Source of the DNA: a virus
Taxonomy: Duplodnaviria > Caudoviricetes
Strand: one strand, 5' to 3'
DNA length: 64,000 nt
Virus record (IMG/VR): IMGVR_UViG_3300020046_004224
Shown: piece after piece, positions 11,314 to 22,193 of the stretch
Position numbering within the stretch: the first letter of the stretch is position 1
Layout of the letters: each line of letters opens with the position of its first letter
Program-made: the position numbers and the translations under genes
The notes under the pieces: generated by a model
What the model saw: only the letters and a program-made list of their open reading frames with translations
What the model was told of the DNA's origin: nothing
Database searches by the model: none

Positions 11314-11784
11314 ATGATAACTATTTCAAATCTTTCCAGTAAAAAAACAGGAAAGACTTATACATATTCTGATTTAGATTTGAATTTTGAAGAAAAACAA
11401 GTATCATCGAATACTAGAAACAATAATATTGTTGCGGGAAATGATCTAGTAGTTGCAACTGATATTGAGGCTATAAAAAATTCGATAAGAAATATACTTT
11501 TTCAGAAAAGACATCTTTCCCCCACAGTCGGCATCAATTTGCGGAAATACATAGGTCAACCAATCTCCGAAATGCGAGCACAGTCGATAGGAGAAGAAAT
11601 CGAACGAGCAATCGTTCTATACGAACCACGGGTTAAAGTTAATAAAATAATAGTGCGATACAATATTGACCAAATGACATACTTTATTGAGATGCGGTTA
11701 GATTTGGTCAATTTCTCTGAATCGTTGACGATACTAAATGCAGCATTTACAAATACTGGTGAGTTCACATTTATAAATAGGTAA
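11314..11784 (+). CDS. Baseplate wedge subunit, gp25/GpW family
   Basis: YSDLDL, AIKNSIRNIL and I..YEPRVKV motifs; start chosen at MITIS after TAAATA (track start 11281). Confidence 0.85.
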   Translation: MITISNLSSKKTGKTYTYSDLDLNFEEKQVSSNTRNNNIVAGNDLVVATDIEAIKNSIRNILFQKRHLSPTVGINLRKYIGQPISEMRAQSIGEEIERAIVLYEPRVKVNKIIVRYNIDQMTYFIEMRLDLVNFSESLTILNAAFTNTGEFTFINR

Positions 11785-11786
11785 CA

Positions 11787-13664
11787 ATGATCACCGTCTC
11801 TCAATTATCTGGTATTAAAAATGTAACAACTTTTACATTTCAGATTTCGCCTTCCGCAGAAGCTCCCTTGATAAATTGGGGTGATGGGACATTTTCACAC
11901 ACCAATACAGCATCGCATATTTACTCCAGCATTGGTCTTTATAATATATATGGTGGAGGATGTTCTACAACTTCCGCATTTCAATTAAGTGTTTATAATG
12001 GGGCATATTTTACGGATAAGATATTAGTAACGAGTCCTGCAACATCATCCATCGTATCAAATATCCACACATTTACAATAAATCTTTCCTCAAGGAACGA
12101 AATGAATACCGTTGTATTATATTCCAGTGGAAGCGATTCGGTGCCATATTCAGATGTCAGAGGTTTCTGGACACATCTTCAACCTGAGTGGTCATTTACG
12201 TTTGATGATGAAAATATATCTGAATTAGAAATAACTGGATCGCCTGTTTATTCTGGAACATCTGTTCTGGGATATTCAGCAACATCCTCTGTAAACTATT
12301 CCGATGATATGCCAGGACATAGAAATCTATGGTTCACTGTCAAACAAACCGATAAAAATGTTCCCATAAATTCCCGTGTATTTTCTACAGTTCAACACTC
12401 TGTATGTGCCAGTACGCCTGATAAACTAATCATAACAGCAGATGGCATAAACGATATAAATCGAATACAGTGGGCAGGTATTGATATTCCTTATGTTATA
12501 AGTGTAGGTAGTTCACAAAATTCATCCACTAACATACTTCATTATGTCTCCGGTAATTTAACAGATATCAAATTTTTATCAAATTGTTTCGGCGTTGATA
12601 CCTCATCATTTGTCTATCCGACTTGTGCAATGAATTTATTAGATTCAAATTGTAAGAAAACTGGTGGATATATATTAACTAATTTCAATCTCCCCGCATC
12701 ATCATTAGCAGTGCAAACGATAACAAATAATATAGATTCCTGTAATCCTGAATATGATAAAATCGAATATACACGAACTCGTAACACACCGAGAAGCATA
12801 ATTCTATCAGCGACTGGTGTATTTAATTATAATGGTATTGATTATACACTATCTGGTACCTCCTCACCTTTTGATATTGTCGCGCTAGAGAATCGTCATG
12901 AATTTTTCAGAAAAGGGGAAGATACGACTATCTATGATGTGTTGAAACAATCATTGCCATTTGATATAGAACAATATAGCAATTTCGACACATATTTAGA
13001 TACGATTGCGGGGTCGGGTGATTCTTTTGGAAAGCTGTATGATAAAATACATAATTTTTCTGATGATCATTCTGATATCGATATATGTACAGTTGATGCA
13101 TTAATAGATAAATCAATTATGTTGGATGATCCTATGGACGATTTCGGATTAGAATTGCCAGAAGAACTTAGACGCATATTCAATTTTTCAACAATACCTT
13201 TACAAAAACTTATCGGATCACGATGCGTATGCAATACTAATTTTGTCGGATGTATCGGTTGTAACAATTCTAATATATGTACTATATGTAAATTCGACAA
13301 AAGAAGTAATTTAGGAAATAAAATAACACTAACCGACTATATAACCGCTGGAGTAACCGTTCTGTACAAAGAAGACGGAGGAACGATATTCAATTTTCAC
13401 ACAGTATCTCCTCAGATCACCAATGTATTCATGTTGCAGACATTATCAGCAGAACCGTTTTTAACCAGAGGAATAGACAACTATTGCTTTTATACATGGG
13501 ACAAATCTCCTCAAAACAATCCGGTAGAAAGCGTCATCAATTACAAAGATTCTCGAAATGCACTATCTCCATCACTATCATCCAATGATGATTGGTATAG
13601 TGATAACGGTGTAATCGAGGAAATGTTTAACTATATACTAACAAAAAATCTCATAAATAGTTAA
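11787..13664 (+). CDS. Structural (baseplate/tail) protein with N-terminal PKD-like segment
   Basis: INWGDGT...SHIYSSIGLY PKD-like signature; follows gp25; TATAAATA upstream. Confidence 0.6.
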   Translation: MITVSQLSGIKNVTTFTFQISPSAEAPLINWGDGTFSHTNTASHIYSSIGLYNIYGGGCSTTSAFQLSVYNGAYFTDKILVTSPATSSIVSNIHTFTINLSSRNEMNTVVLYSSGSDSVPYSDVRGFWTHLQPEWSFTFDDENISELEITGSPVYSGTSVLGYSATSSVNYSDDMPGHRNLWFTVKQTDKNVPINSRVFSTVQHSVCASTPDKLIITADGINDINRIQWAGIDIPYVISVGSSQNSSTNILHYVSGNLTDIKFLSNCFGVDTSSFVYPTCAMNLLDSNCKKTGGYILTNFNLPASSLAVQTITNNIDSCNPEYDKIEYTRTRNTPRSIILSATGVFNYNGIDYTLSGTSSPFDIVALENRHEFFRKGEDTTIYDVLKQSLPFDIEQYSNFDTYLDTIAGSGDSFGKLYDKIHNFSDDHSDIDICTVDALIDKSIMLDDPMDDFGLELPEELRRIFNFSTIPLQKLIGSRCVCNTNFVGCIGCNNSNICTICKFDKRSNLGNKITLTDYITAGVTVLYKEDGGTIFNFHTVSPQITNVFMLQTLSAEPFLTRGIDNYCFYTWDKSPQNNPVESVINYKDSRNALSPSLSSNDDWYSDNGVIEEMFNYILTKNLINS

Positions 13665-16600
13665 ATGCTGTCATCAACATTTGATATTTTCTCTAAAGTT
13701 ATTCTGGAGAAAAACTATTCATATTCAATTCCCCAAGATAAAGAATTAATTCTTTATGATTTCTATATGTTGGTGCATCTTAATGCATTAAAGAAAGAAG
13801 GAAAGTTTCAGCCAGGAGATAAGAAGGATCATTTCGGACAAGTATCGCAGACAACTACACATTCGATGGGATTGGACCACTCGACAGAGTTTTCGTTTGA
13901 AGAAATTAAAAAACAATTAATAGGCTATCTTCAACCAGAGTTACTGGAAGCAAGTTTGTTTTCTATATCATGTGAGCTACGACATGTTTTTGATAATAAT
14001 TCACCATTAAATATAACGGCAACGCTAGGCCCGCAGATTGCCGAGTTTTATACTAATTTAAAATATAATTATGAAAAATTGAAGAAAGTATCCCAGATAA
14101 AACGGGATGGGGATAGTACTATCAAAGATTTAATTAATAAACGTCGCCGTAAATTTAATAAAAAATATAATATTAAAATGAAGGAGGGGGGCGCATCACG
14201 TAATACCGACTACAGAATATCTTATAAAGCACTCAAACAGACGATAGCTAAACTTAATATATCAGAAGTAGAGGTCGCAGAAATTGGTCGAAAATCGTTT
14301 TTATCCCTGCAATGGGGCGCTTCTTATGGTGGAAAGCCATGGGCAAGTATATGTGACGCATACATCAAACTATATTATGCAAAGCGTGAAGTAGACCAGA
14401 TTATCTACATAGATAATATGTATCACCAGCAACATAATACCGATACGGTTTTTAATAAACTCCAGTCATATTATAAATCAAATGCGGGTTATCGTTGGGT
14501 ATTAAATGCATTAAACTTTAAGGCAGATGTTAAAGATAATTGGGATAGAATAAAAAAAATAAAAGAAGTTGCAACAATAAAAATAAAAGATGCCTCTGGA
14601 AATGTAACAAAAGAAGTGCCTGCACTTAGAAGTATAGATCGGATGTATATTGAAATGCTGAAAGCCTCTGGAGATAGAACATGGGAACAATATTATAAAG
14701 TTGAGAAGGCTCCTCCAAAAGAAGAGGTGAAACCGAAAAAAGAACCAAAAGAAATATTCCACGATTTAGGGAAATCTTTCCAATTTCCACAGCACATGAT
14801 GCCTGGAAAAGTACAATATCAAGATACATCTTCCAACATTGAGATGAATCGTCCACATTGGAATAAGATGGCAAAGGAAGGGTTTAAAAAATTTGGTAAA
14901 ATATACAATAGCAGCGGGAACGAATTGATAGCTGTGGGACCAGGAGTAAATACACCACCACATTTAATGCACTTGTTAGACATAGATTCTTTTGATCTGT
15001 TTATGCGTCTTGATTCAGGATCGTGGAGCGGTGGCAATGAGGGGTCATCCCCCTCACACGATTATGCAATCCCTAAAGATATTTGGATAAAAAAATTCGG
15101 AAAACTTCCTAAAGAATTTGATTCTTCTGATAAAACAAAATATACTCCTAATTCCACATATGTTTCCAAGTTTATAGCGGCGGCAAAACAAACCGATTCT
15201 GACATATATAAAAAAGGATTTATATTTATTGGTAATGGTGTTTCGGGTGAAGGGTTGGTAAAAGAGATAGGAGTATCAAGTATTAACAATTGTAGTGGAT
15301 ATCTAGATGATGAACTTAGTATGGTCGAAAAAACGGGCTGTCCTAATTTGTACGGAAATGCGCCTAGTAATAAATATTATTTAAAAAAATCGCATTGGGA
15401 AGATATCTTTGGACCATTTGAAGAAATAACAGGCTATAAAGAGAAAGCTAATAAGTTTGAAGCCGTTAAAAAATATTTTATAAAGGTTGCGAAAGAATTT
15501 AAAGATGAATCGTCGTTTGAGGAAGCGACTGCTGGCTCTCCAGATTTTTGGGTTTCATTGGGAAACTCTATACCTAAACATCTGGCAGACCCAGAAGATA
15601 TACAAAATGGTGCTACAATCACATTATCTAATATTATTGGAGGAGATGATCTCTCTCTTATAAAAAAGATATCGAAAAATATTGGACGCATCGAACATTC
15701 TAATAGTGGTTATTGTATAAGTGATTGGGGTGGTGATGGCATATTAGGAGCAAAAGAAGGTTATCAATATGTCATGAAAAAAACATTGTGGGAAAGTTTA
15801 TTTGGAAAATTTAAACCATCCGAAGACATCGAAGATGATAAGTTACCGAAAAATGATAAAATAACTCCTGAAATTATAAAGAAGTATAGAGACAATGATA
15901 ATGTTGGTTATACCGTGGCAACTCATAAGTTTGCTATCCCATCTCTTCTTAATGCTCATCACTTAGGATTTGGACAGAACGTTGCAGAGGATATACATGC
16001 CGGGGTATTTCCCAAGAGCCTATTCGATAAAGAGGCGTTCGGTAAAATATATAATAGTGGATCATGGGAAACCCTCAACAATGAGGATGATGTATCGTTC
16101 GCATATCGTGTTTGGATGAAAGATAAATATTGGCAAGAGCTATTCGGTGATAAGAAAAAGACTAGAGAAAGTAAGACCAAATCAAAGGAATTTACCGAAA
16201 AGGAAATATCAGATTTCCATGCCTTATTAGAATATGGTGAGAGTCATTACGGGGGAGTAGGAACGAATTGGCCGTATGTAGGAACGATAAGAGATGTCAA
16301 ACAATTGTACGAGTCTGGTAAATTTAAAAAAGATATTTTTGTCAAACCTGCACTAGTATCATCTCCCATGATGTATACAATGAAAAAAGGCGGTGATTTA
16401 TGGATTAAACTCAGATCGTTTGATAATGTGACTGATCTAGATCAACCCGTTATCATGTGGATAGACATCTGGAAAAAATATTTCGGTGAGCATAAACCCG
16501 TTGTTGCAGAGAAGAAAAATGTTATTACTCCAGAAGTAATAAAAAAATATCAAAATCTTGCAAAAAGTGGGCATAAACAGTTAGCTTCGATTCCTAACGT

Positions 16601-17489
16601 AAAAGAATATATAGTATTATATGTTGGAACCGCTGTTGATGTTCTCGGTGCAATAAAAGACGGCATATTTACACAAGAATTAGTAGAAGATTATATGTTC
16701 GGGACTTGGATGACGGGCGATAATTGGTCGGGAGTATCAAGCATGAAAAAACTTGAGGTCGATTTAAGTCCTGGGACTACTATATGGATGAAAGATTATG
16801 CATGGACCGAATTGTTCGGTCCTATCAAAAATTTAATAGACTCTACAACTTCGGACATATCTCCTGGCATTAAACGCAAATTTAAAAAGTTGGCAAAAAT
16901 TGAAAATGCACTCCCGTATCTCAAGGACAGTAAAACAAAAGACGGGGAACAATTAATTTATATCGGAAAGGGTAGCCTTCGAGATAGTGGATTTCCTATG
17001 AAGTCTGTGAAACCGAAAGATATATATGGTGGTTCTTCGGGGGCTTCTGAATTTTCAAACAATATGCTTGGAACATCCACATCATACCATTATTTTATAA
17101 CTGCAAAGAAATGGAAGGAAATATTTGACGAGGAACCACCTACAACAACTAAAGAAGACGATTCTAAATCTAATATCAAGGTGTCGGGCGAAGTGTTGTT
17201 ACAATTTAGTAACTTGGCAAGAGAAGGATATAAAAAAGGACACTACAAAAATCAACAGGGTGATAACCTGATTTATATCGGAAAAGGACCGATAGGAGAG
17301 AAGGGGCTACCAAATACAAACATCTACTATAACATTTATGCAATCGCATCCGATACTAAAACGGTTGAGGGTTATTATATTTTATCGGGTCACTGGTCGG
17401 GTGATAATAGAAAAAAAGACTATTTTATAACTGCCACCGATTGGACCGCACTGTTCGGTATTATACCTCCCAACAATCTCAACATTTAA
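13665..17489 (+). CDS. Large repeat protein, probable internal head protein
   Basis: 1274 aa; leader MLSSTFDIFSKVILE; about eight C-terminal repeats ending W..(L/I)FG. Confidence 0.65.
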   Translation: MLSSTFDIFSKVILEKNYSYSIPQDKELILYDFYMLVHLNALKKEGKFQPGDKKDHFGQVSQTTTHSMGLDHSTEFSFEEIKKQLIGYLQPELLEASLFSISCELRHVFDNNSPLNITATLGPQIAEFYTNLKYNYEKLKKVSQIKRDGDSTIKDLINKRRRKFNKKYNIKMKEGGASRNTDYRISYKALKQTIAKLNISEVEVAEIGRKSFLSLQWGASYGGKPWASICDAYIKLYYAKREVDQIIYIDNMYHQQHNTDTVFNKLQSYYKSNAGYRWVLNALNFKADVKDNWDRIKKIKEVATIKIKDASGNVTKEVPALRSIDRMYIEMLKASGDRTWEQYYKVEKAPPKEEVKPKKEPKEIFHDLGKSFQFPQHMMPGKVQYQDTSSNIEMNRPHWNKMAKEGFKKFGKIYNSSGNELIAVGPGVNTPPHLMHLLDIDSFDLFMRLDSGSWSGGNEGSSPSHDYAIPKDIWIKKFGKLPKEFDSSDKTKYTPNSTYVSKFIAAAKQTDSDIYKKGFIFIGNGVSGEGLVKEIGVSSINNCSGYLDDELSMVEKTGCPNLYGNAPSNKYYLKKSHWEDIFGPFEEITGYKEKANKFEAVKKYFIKVAKEFKDESSFEEATAGSPDFWVSLGNSIPKHLADPEDIQNGATITLSNIIGGDDLSLIKKISKNIGRIEHSNSGYCISDWGGDGILGAKEGYQYVMKKTLWESLFGKFKPSEDIEDDKLPKNDKITPEIIKKYRDNDNVGYTVATHKFAIPSLLNAHHLGFGQNVAEDIHAGVFPKSLFDKEAFGKIYNSGSWETLNNEDDVSFAYRVWMKDKYWQELFGDKKKTRESKTKSKEFTEKEISDFHALLEYGESHYGGVGTNWPYVGTIRDVKQLYESGKFKKDIFVKPALVSSPMMYTMKKGGDLWIKLRSFDNVTDLDQPVIMWIDIWKKYFGEHKPVVAEKKNVITPEVIKKYQNLAKSGHKQLASIPNVKEYIVLYVGTAVDVLGAIKDGIFTQELVEDYMFGTWMTGDNWSGVSSMKKLEVDLSPGTTIWMKDYAWTELFGPIKNLIDSTTSDISPGIKRKFKKLAKIENALPYLKDSKTKDGEQLIYIGKGSLRDSGFPMKSVKPKDIYGGSSGASEFSNNMLGTSTSYHYFITAKKWKEIFDEEPPTTTKEDDSKSNIKVSGEVLLQFSNLAREGYKKGHYKNQQGDNLIYIGKGPIGEKGLPNTNIYYNIYAIASDTKTVEGYYILSGHWSGDNRKKDYFITATDWTALFGIIPPNNLNI

Positions 17490-17506
17490 AAGTGTAAATA
17501 TTAAAT

Positions 17507-17827
17507 ATGACAACAGAATTTGATACATTTATAAATAATATATTACAGGAATACTTTATTGCCGAACCTGACTTTCAAAATAAAGTTAATAATGCAATCT
17601 CAGGAACCAAGGTTAAATTGGAAAAATTCAATCTTGTAACTCAAGTAACCTTGTCGAGAACGGATGCACCAAAGGTTTTAAAAGCATTGAAAAATTCAAA
17701 GGTGATTTGTTTCTATGAATATCCTGTCAATGATCCTGCACGTCTTTTATTATTTAAAAATGTCCAAGATGTGAAACGACTTGTCCGTGAATATCCCGGT
17801 GCTCTTGATGGTTTTGCTAAATATTAA
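17507..17827 (+). CDS. Probable internal head protein
   Basis: Leader MTTEFDTFINNILQE; TAAATA upstream. Confidence 0.6.
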   Translation: MTTEFDTFINNILQEYFIAEPDFQNKVNNAISGTKVKLEKFNLVTQVTLSRTDAPKVLKALKNSKVICFYEYPVNDPARLLLFKNVQDVKRLVREYPGALDGFAKY

Positions 17828-17832
17828 TACAT

Positions 17833-18555
17833 ATGACTCCCTTGTTTGATAAATTTATATCCCATATTGTTGTTCAAGAAAGTGTGACATTTTCCGTTGC
17901 AGATAGTACAACAACTGTTGCAACCCTTGGAGACTTGGCATGGATTCTTAATAATCAATTTCACCAGTTCATGTTGAAAAACTTGAACATACCTCTTGAA
18001 AAATATCCTGACGAACTTCGGGGTGAAAAGATCGTGGTTGATGGTGATAGTGACTATTTCGGCCCCGAAGGAGTCCTGAGCATATATACAGATAAGGTGC
18101 CCGAAGAACTCACAACTAAATTGATTCAAATGATTTCTTACTATGTCGGGGAAAACAATGCCGAAGTTCTTAATAAACCATATGTGGAAACTTCGGGTAG
18201 TCGTAAAGGAGATGTATGGAGGCTTCGTGTAAAGGTAAATCCAGTTACGGATAATCCTCCTGAAATGAACCTCTCTAATCTAAATGCAAGAACATTGATG
18301 TGTGATATTCTCAACTATTCTGATGATGTGATGACGGAATATCCATCCATTCAGGCAAATGAATTATTAATGAAGATTGAACAAATCGAAGACAATGATT
18401 ATCAACTTGATAAAGCCGTTCGCCCCGAAACACAGGATGGTAATCACTATCAGGGAGGTCTTTCCAAAGAACGTATAAAACAGGTACTCGATAATCTTAA
18501 AGCTATTTGCGAATGGGCACTGGAACGAGATTATACATATATTCAACTTAGTTGA
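17833..18555 (+). CDS. Probable internal head protein
   Basis: Leader MTPLFDKFISHIVVQE. Confidence 0.6.
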   Translation: MTPLFDKFISHIVVQESVTFSVADSTTTVATLGDLAWILNNQFHQFMLKNLNIPLEKYPDELRGEKIVVDGDSDYFGPEGVLSIYTDKVPEELTTKLIQMISYYVGENNAEVLNKPYVETSGSRKGDVWRLRVKVNPVTDNPPEMNLSNLNARTLMCDILNYSDDVMTEYPSIQANELLMKIEQIEDNDYQLDKAVRPETQDGNHYQGGLSKERIKQVLDNLKAICEWALERDYTYIQLS

Positions 18556-18569
18556 CATAAGTAAAATAT

Positions 18570-19421
18570 ATGACATTCCAAGAGCTTTATAAATTTCTCA
18601 TAAAAGAAGATGATGGGATCGAGAATATCGAACTCAAGGGCGATTGGGAATCTTCTAAACTCCATAAATATGATCGTGCATCTGTGGGTATTCTCAAAAA
18701 TAAGAATTCCTTGGAACGCATAAAAAATAAATGGTCAAAGCTCGAACATCCTATTGACATCTATATTGCCAAAGGACCAGAGATATCCAAATTCTATGAA
18801 CTTGGTCGTGTTGATTCCTATTTTGTTCGCGATAAGATGAAACTTGATATTCCGTACAATGAAGATAACATCACCCTAATATTTACAAACAATATGGGAG
18901 ATGAAAAGGTACCTCTCACCCCTTGGATTATGGCACACAGATTCGGCCATGCATTTTCCCGTGATACAGTTACAAGGAATGGTTCAGATTATTTCTGGAG
19001 GGAGATAAAAAAAACAGTGAATAAGCTATTCGACGAAATACTTGGTATTGCATATGGTCAAAAACTAAGCATCAGCGATCCTTACTCTAGAACAAATCAA
19101 AAGATAAAAAGAGAACTCGGCCATGCACTCGGAACATTTAAATCTGCAAGAGACAAAAATATAAGAAATGATGATGAATTCATTAATGAGTTAATTGCAC
19201 AATATATTATAAACGGAAAGATTACATTGAATACCAAACTTCCGAATATTCTTCCTATAAAAACTGCATGGGGCCGTGTAGACGGTTATCCTTTAAGAAG
19301 AAATCTATCTCAGGATCAAAAGGACGAATTGGAATATACATTTGAACTATATGAGAATATGCTCAACAATGATATTGATACAATATTCACATCCAATATC
19401 GGACACATATTTGTAATGTAA
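18570..19421 (+). CDS. Probable internal head protein
   Basis: Leader MTFQELYKFLIKE; contains AHRFGHA (HExxH-like but lacking the Glu). Confidence 0.6.
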   Translation: MTFQELYKFLIKEDDGIENIELKGDWESSKLHKYDRASVGILKNKNSLERIKNKWSKLEHPIDIYIAKGPEISKFYELGRVDSYFVRDKMKLDIPYNEDNITLIFTNNMGDEKVPLTPWIMAHRFGHAFSRDTVTRNGSDYFWREIKKTVNKLFDEILGIAYGQKLSISDPYSRTNQKIKRELGHALGTFKSARDKNIRNDDEFINELIAQYIINGKITLNTKLPNILPIKTAWGRVDGYPLRRNLSQDQKDELEYTFELYENMLNNDIDTIFTSNIGHIFVM

Positions 19422-19427
19422 AATACT

Positions 19428-20102
19428 ATGAAATTTAATGAACTATATAATAAACTAAACAAGTTAGATATTATCAAGGAAAATCCTGATACGATAATAT
19501 CGAGAAGTTCTCGCGATGAACGCATATCCTTTCATTATTGTAGAGATACTCAATATTCTATACTGATATATGAATGTACTGGTGGTATATTTAAGTATGT
19601 TGCCAGAAAAGACGAGACACAGTTTCCTGGACATGCCGGATTACGAAGAATACTTTCCGATGACGACCATGAGGAAATGTCGAAACAACTGATTTCTAAT
19701 ATTCCTGTGTATGAAGTAAGAGATATTCGCACGAATGCATTACGTATATATGACGCACGTATATGGACAACAAACAAGATATTCTCTGTATGGAAAGAAT
19801 TCCATCCCAAGATGATTCCTATTATCGAGGAAATATTTACACGCCTTCGCCAAAAACCCGAAGAATATATATTTGAATTCGACGGGGCAACATATAACAG
19901 AGAACATAGTGACTATAGTTGTTATGATTGGAAAGGTCTACATAATAATAAAAAACTTCCCACCAAAAACACACAAGAAAATATAAACAACAATCAAGAC
20001 GAACAAGAGGCAAAACGAAAAGAAGATGCTCTTCTCCTTGCAAAAATAAAAATGGGAGAGAAACCTACTCTTAATAAGAGAGTGGCTAGAGACGGTGATT
20101 AA
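19428..20102 (+). CDS. Probable internal head protein, paralog of 21483-22193
   Basis: MKFNELYNKLNKLDIIKENPD leader, RIW...SVW motif, C-terminal RDGD. Confidence 0.65.
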   Translation: MKFNELYNKLNKLDIIKENPDTIISRSSRDERISFHYCRDTQYSILIYECTGGIFKYVARKDETQFPGHAGLRRILSDDDHEEMSKQLISNIPVYEVRDIRTNALRIYDARIWTTNKIFSVWKEFHPKMIPIIEEIFTRLRQKPEEYIFEFDGATYNREHSDYSCYDWKGLHNNKKLPTKNTQENINNNQDEQEAKRKEDALLLAKIKMGEKPTLNKRVARDGD

Positions 20103-20110
20103 ACCTAATT

Positions 20111-21460
20111 ATGAAATTTAATGAACTATATTCTATACTTGATTCGTTTTTTATTCTAGAAGATATATCATCTCGCATCCCTTTCCTGCTTAAAAAATAC
20201 GAAAATCAAACAGAGCAATCCATCACACAGTTGGCCGATGCAGACCCAACTCCGAATAAAAAATATATAGATTGGATCATTAAAAATTCAAACCAATTCC
20301 GCATCCCCGAAGATATAAATAAAATAAAATCCACACTGGAAAAATTTTTAAACCAATCAAAAACAAAAAAATGGCAAGGGAATAAAGATTTAAACTCATA
20401 CAAGTCCTATAAAGAATTGGTGCAACAGATAGAAGTTAATTCCGATATAACTAATGTGGAACCTATGACCGACGAAGACTGGCAAGACCGCCATAAAATA
20501 AAGGAACTTGGTCGATATAAATTGTACAAAGTTACCACTGCTAAGGCAATAATGCGGATTGCAGAAGGAACCGAATGGTGTGTTAGAGAAGAACCTTATG
20601 CCAGTGATTATCTCAAAAAAGGACCATATTTCGTAATCTATGAACAAGGAGATGAAGAAATAATTTATAAAGATATAAATGGCAATCCATCTCCAAACAA
20701 TTACCCTAATTATAACTCACATAAAATCCATCCTAATCCAAAACCAATCATATTGATTCACTTTCCTACTGCTCAAATCAAAGATGAATACGATTCGGAG
20801 ATTGAGGCGGATGCCGCCAGTGCAGTATATCCTTTGATACAAAACTCCTTCAAACATGCCAAATTTAATTTCGAAGAAGGAATTGGAGATTTTGAAATAT
20901 TCTTAGTGAAAAATATTGCAAAAGGAACTGATAAGGAAATTCTAGAAAAATTCTATGAGCCTCAAAAAGCATTTAACATTTTATATAAAACAAAAAAAAT
21001 AGCATCGATTGGTTCGCTCGGTAAAAGAGAATTAAAAAAATCAATTAGTAAATCTTCTAATCTAACCTACAAATATCTGACAACGATAATGTCTCTCCAT
21101 ACACAGAATAGAGATATAGGCATGGAAAAAATATTAATAGAACACGGCAATGAATTAAATACCCGTGCATATGCATATTACTTGATCTATACGGCATTAT
21201 ATGATACATCAATATATAAAGTGTCCGAGGTCAATTCCTATAAATTAAATCAGATTCTCTCGGTTTATTACTACTCAAATTTTAAAGATGAAACTATAAA
21301 AGATTTTTGTGCCAAACATGATCTGCCTCTCATGGATATATTGATGAATGTGTTAACCAACACAAACCTAATAAACCTATCCGATGTAAAAAATTATATT
21401 AAACATATAGCAGATAAGTATTCCGAATCTATTGAACGTTTATATAGAATAATATCGTAG
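20111..21460 (+). CDS. Probable internal head protein with PcfJ-like GT.WC motif
   Basis: MKFNELY...ILE leader; DPT.NKKY..WI and GTEWCV...Y...GP motifs seen in large-phage proteins. Confidence 0.6.
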   Translation: MKFNELYSILDSFFILEDISSRIPFLLKKYENQTEQSITQLADADPTPNKKYIDWIIKNSNQFRIPEDINKIKSTLEKFLNQSKTKKWQGNKDLNSYKSYKELVQQIEVNSDITNVEPMTDEDWQDRHKIKELGRYKLYKVTTAKAIMRIAEGTEWCVREEPYASDYLKKGPYFVIYEQGDEEIIYKDINGNPSPNNYPNYNSHKIHPNPKPIILIHFPTAQIKDEYDSEIEADAASAVYPLIQNSFKHAKFNFEEGIGDFEIFLVKNIAKGTDKEILEKFYEPQKAFNILYKTKKIASIGSLGKRELKKSISKSSNLTYKYLTTIMSLHTQNRDIGMEKILIEHGNELNTRAYAYYLIYTALYDTSIYKVSEVNSYKLNQILSVYYYSNFKDETIKDFCAKHDLPLMDILMNVLTNTNLINLSDVKNYIKHIADKYSESIERLYRIIS

Positions 21461-21482
21461 AAACTTTAAGATTAACCTAATT

Positions 21483-22193
21483 ATGAAATTTAATGAACTC
21501 TATAATAAATTGAACAAGCTTTCTATTATCAAGGAAGACCCTGACAGTGCATATATACAAATAAAGACTCCAGAGGGTGAAGACTTTGAAATAAAAACCG
21601 GATATGATGATAAAAATGCAGTCACATTCATTACATTCAAGGATGCAATATTTTACACTACAGAATTCTACCACGGAACCTTGATGACTGCAATCCATTA
21701 TCAATACCTTTTAAGAGACAATTCTAACAGTTCCAGTATCTATTCTATCGGAGAAATATCCGAAGAAGACCGCCAAGAATATTTGGATAATTTCGGGGAT
21801 GAAACAGGTTACTATAGTAGAGGAAGCACACTGAAAAAACATCCCGATGCTATTCAAGGTCGTATATGGCCCGATAAGAAACTAACTGTATTATCTATAT
21901 GGAATCAAATAGGACGCCTCAAACCTAAAGATGTATCTCTTATAAAACAACTGGCACAAAAGCTCAAGGCCGATCCCGATAAGATTTATATAGAACTTGG
22001 TCAGGATAGAAGTACAGTAAATCTAAACGATTTATATAAATCCGAAGAACCCGTTCCCGAAAACGACTTCGACCTCGATAAAATCCATCTTGCCAGTCCC
22101 GAAGTAAAGAAGCAACAATTATTGAAAATGGGTGCAAGACCAAAAGCACCTGTCGATATAAGACAGAAACAACAACAACGTCAAGGAGACTAA
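21483..22193 (+). CDS. Probable internal head protein, paralog of 19428-20102
   Basis: MKFNELYNKLNKLSIIKEDPD leader, GRIW...SIW motif, C-terminal RQGD. Confidence 0.65.
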   Translation: MKFNELYNKLNKLSIIKEDPDSAYIQIKTPEGEDFEIKTGYDDKNAVTFITFKDAIFYTTEFYHGTLMTAIHYQYLLRDNSNSSSIYSIGEISEEDRQEYLDNFGDETGYYSRGSTLKKHPDAIQGRIWPDKKLTVLSIWNQIGRLKPKDVSLIKQLAQKLKADPDKIYIELGQDRSTVNLNDLYKSEEPVPENDFDLDKIHLASPEVKKQQLLKMGARPKAPVDIRQKQQQRQGD

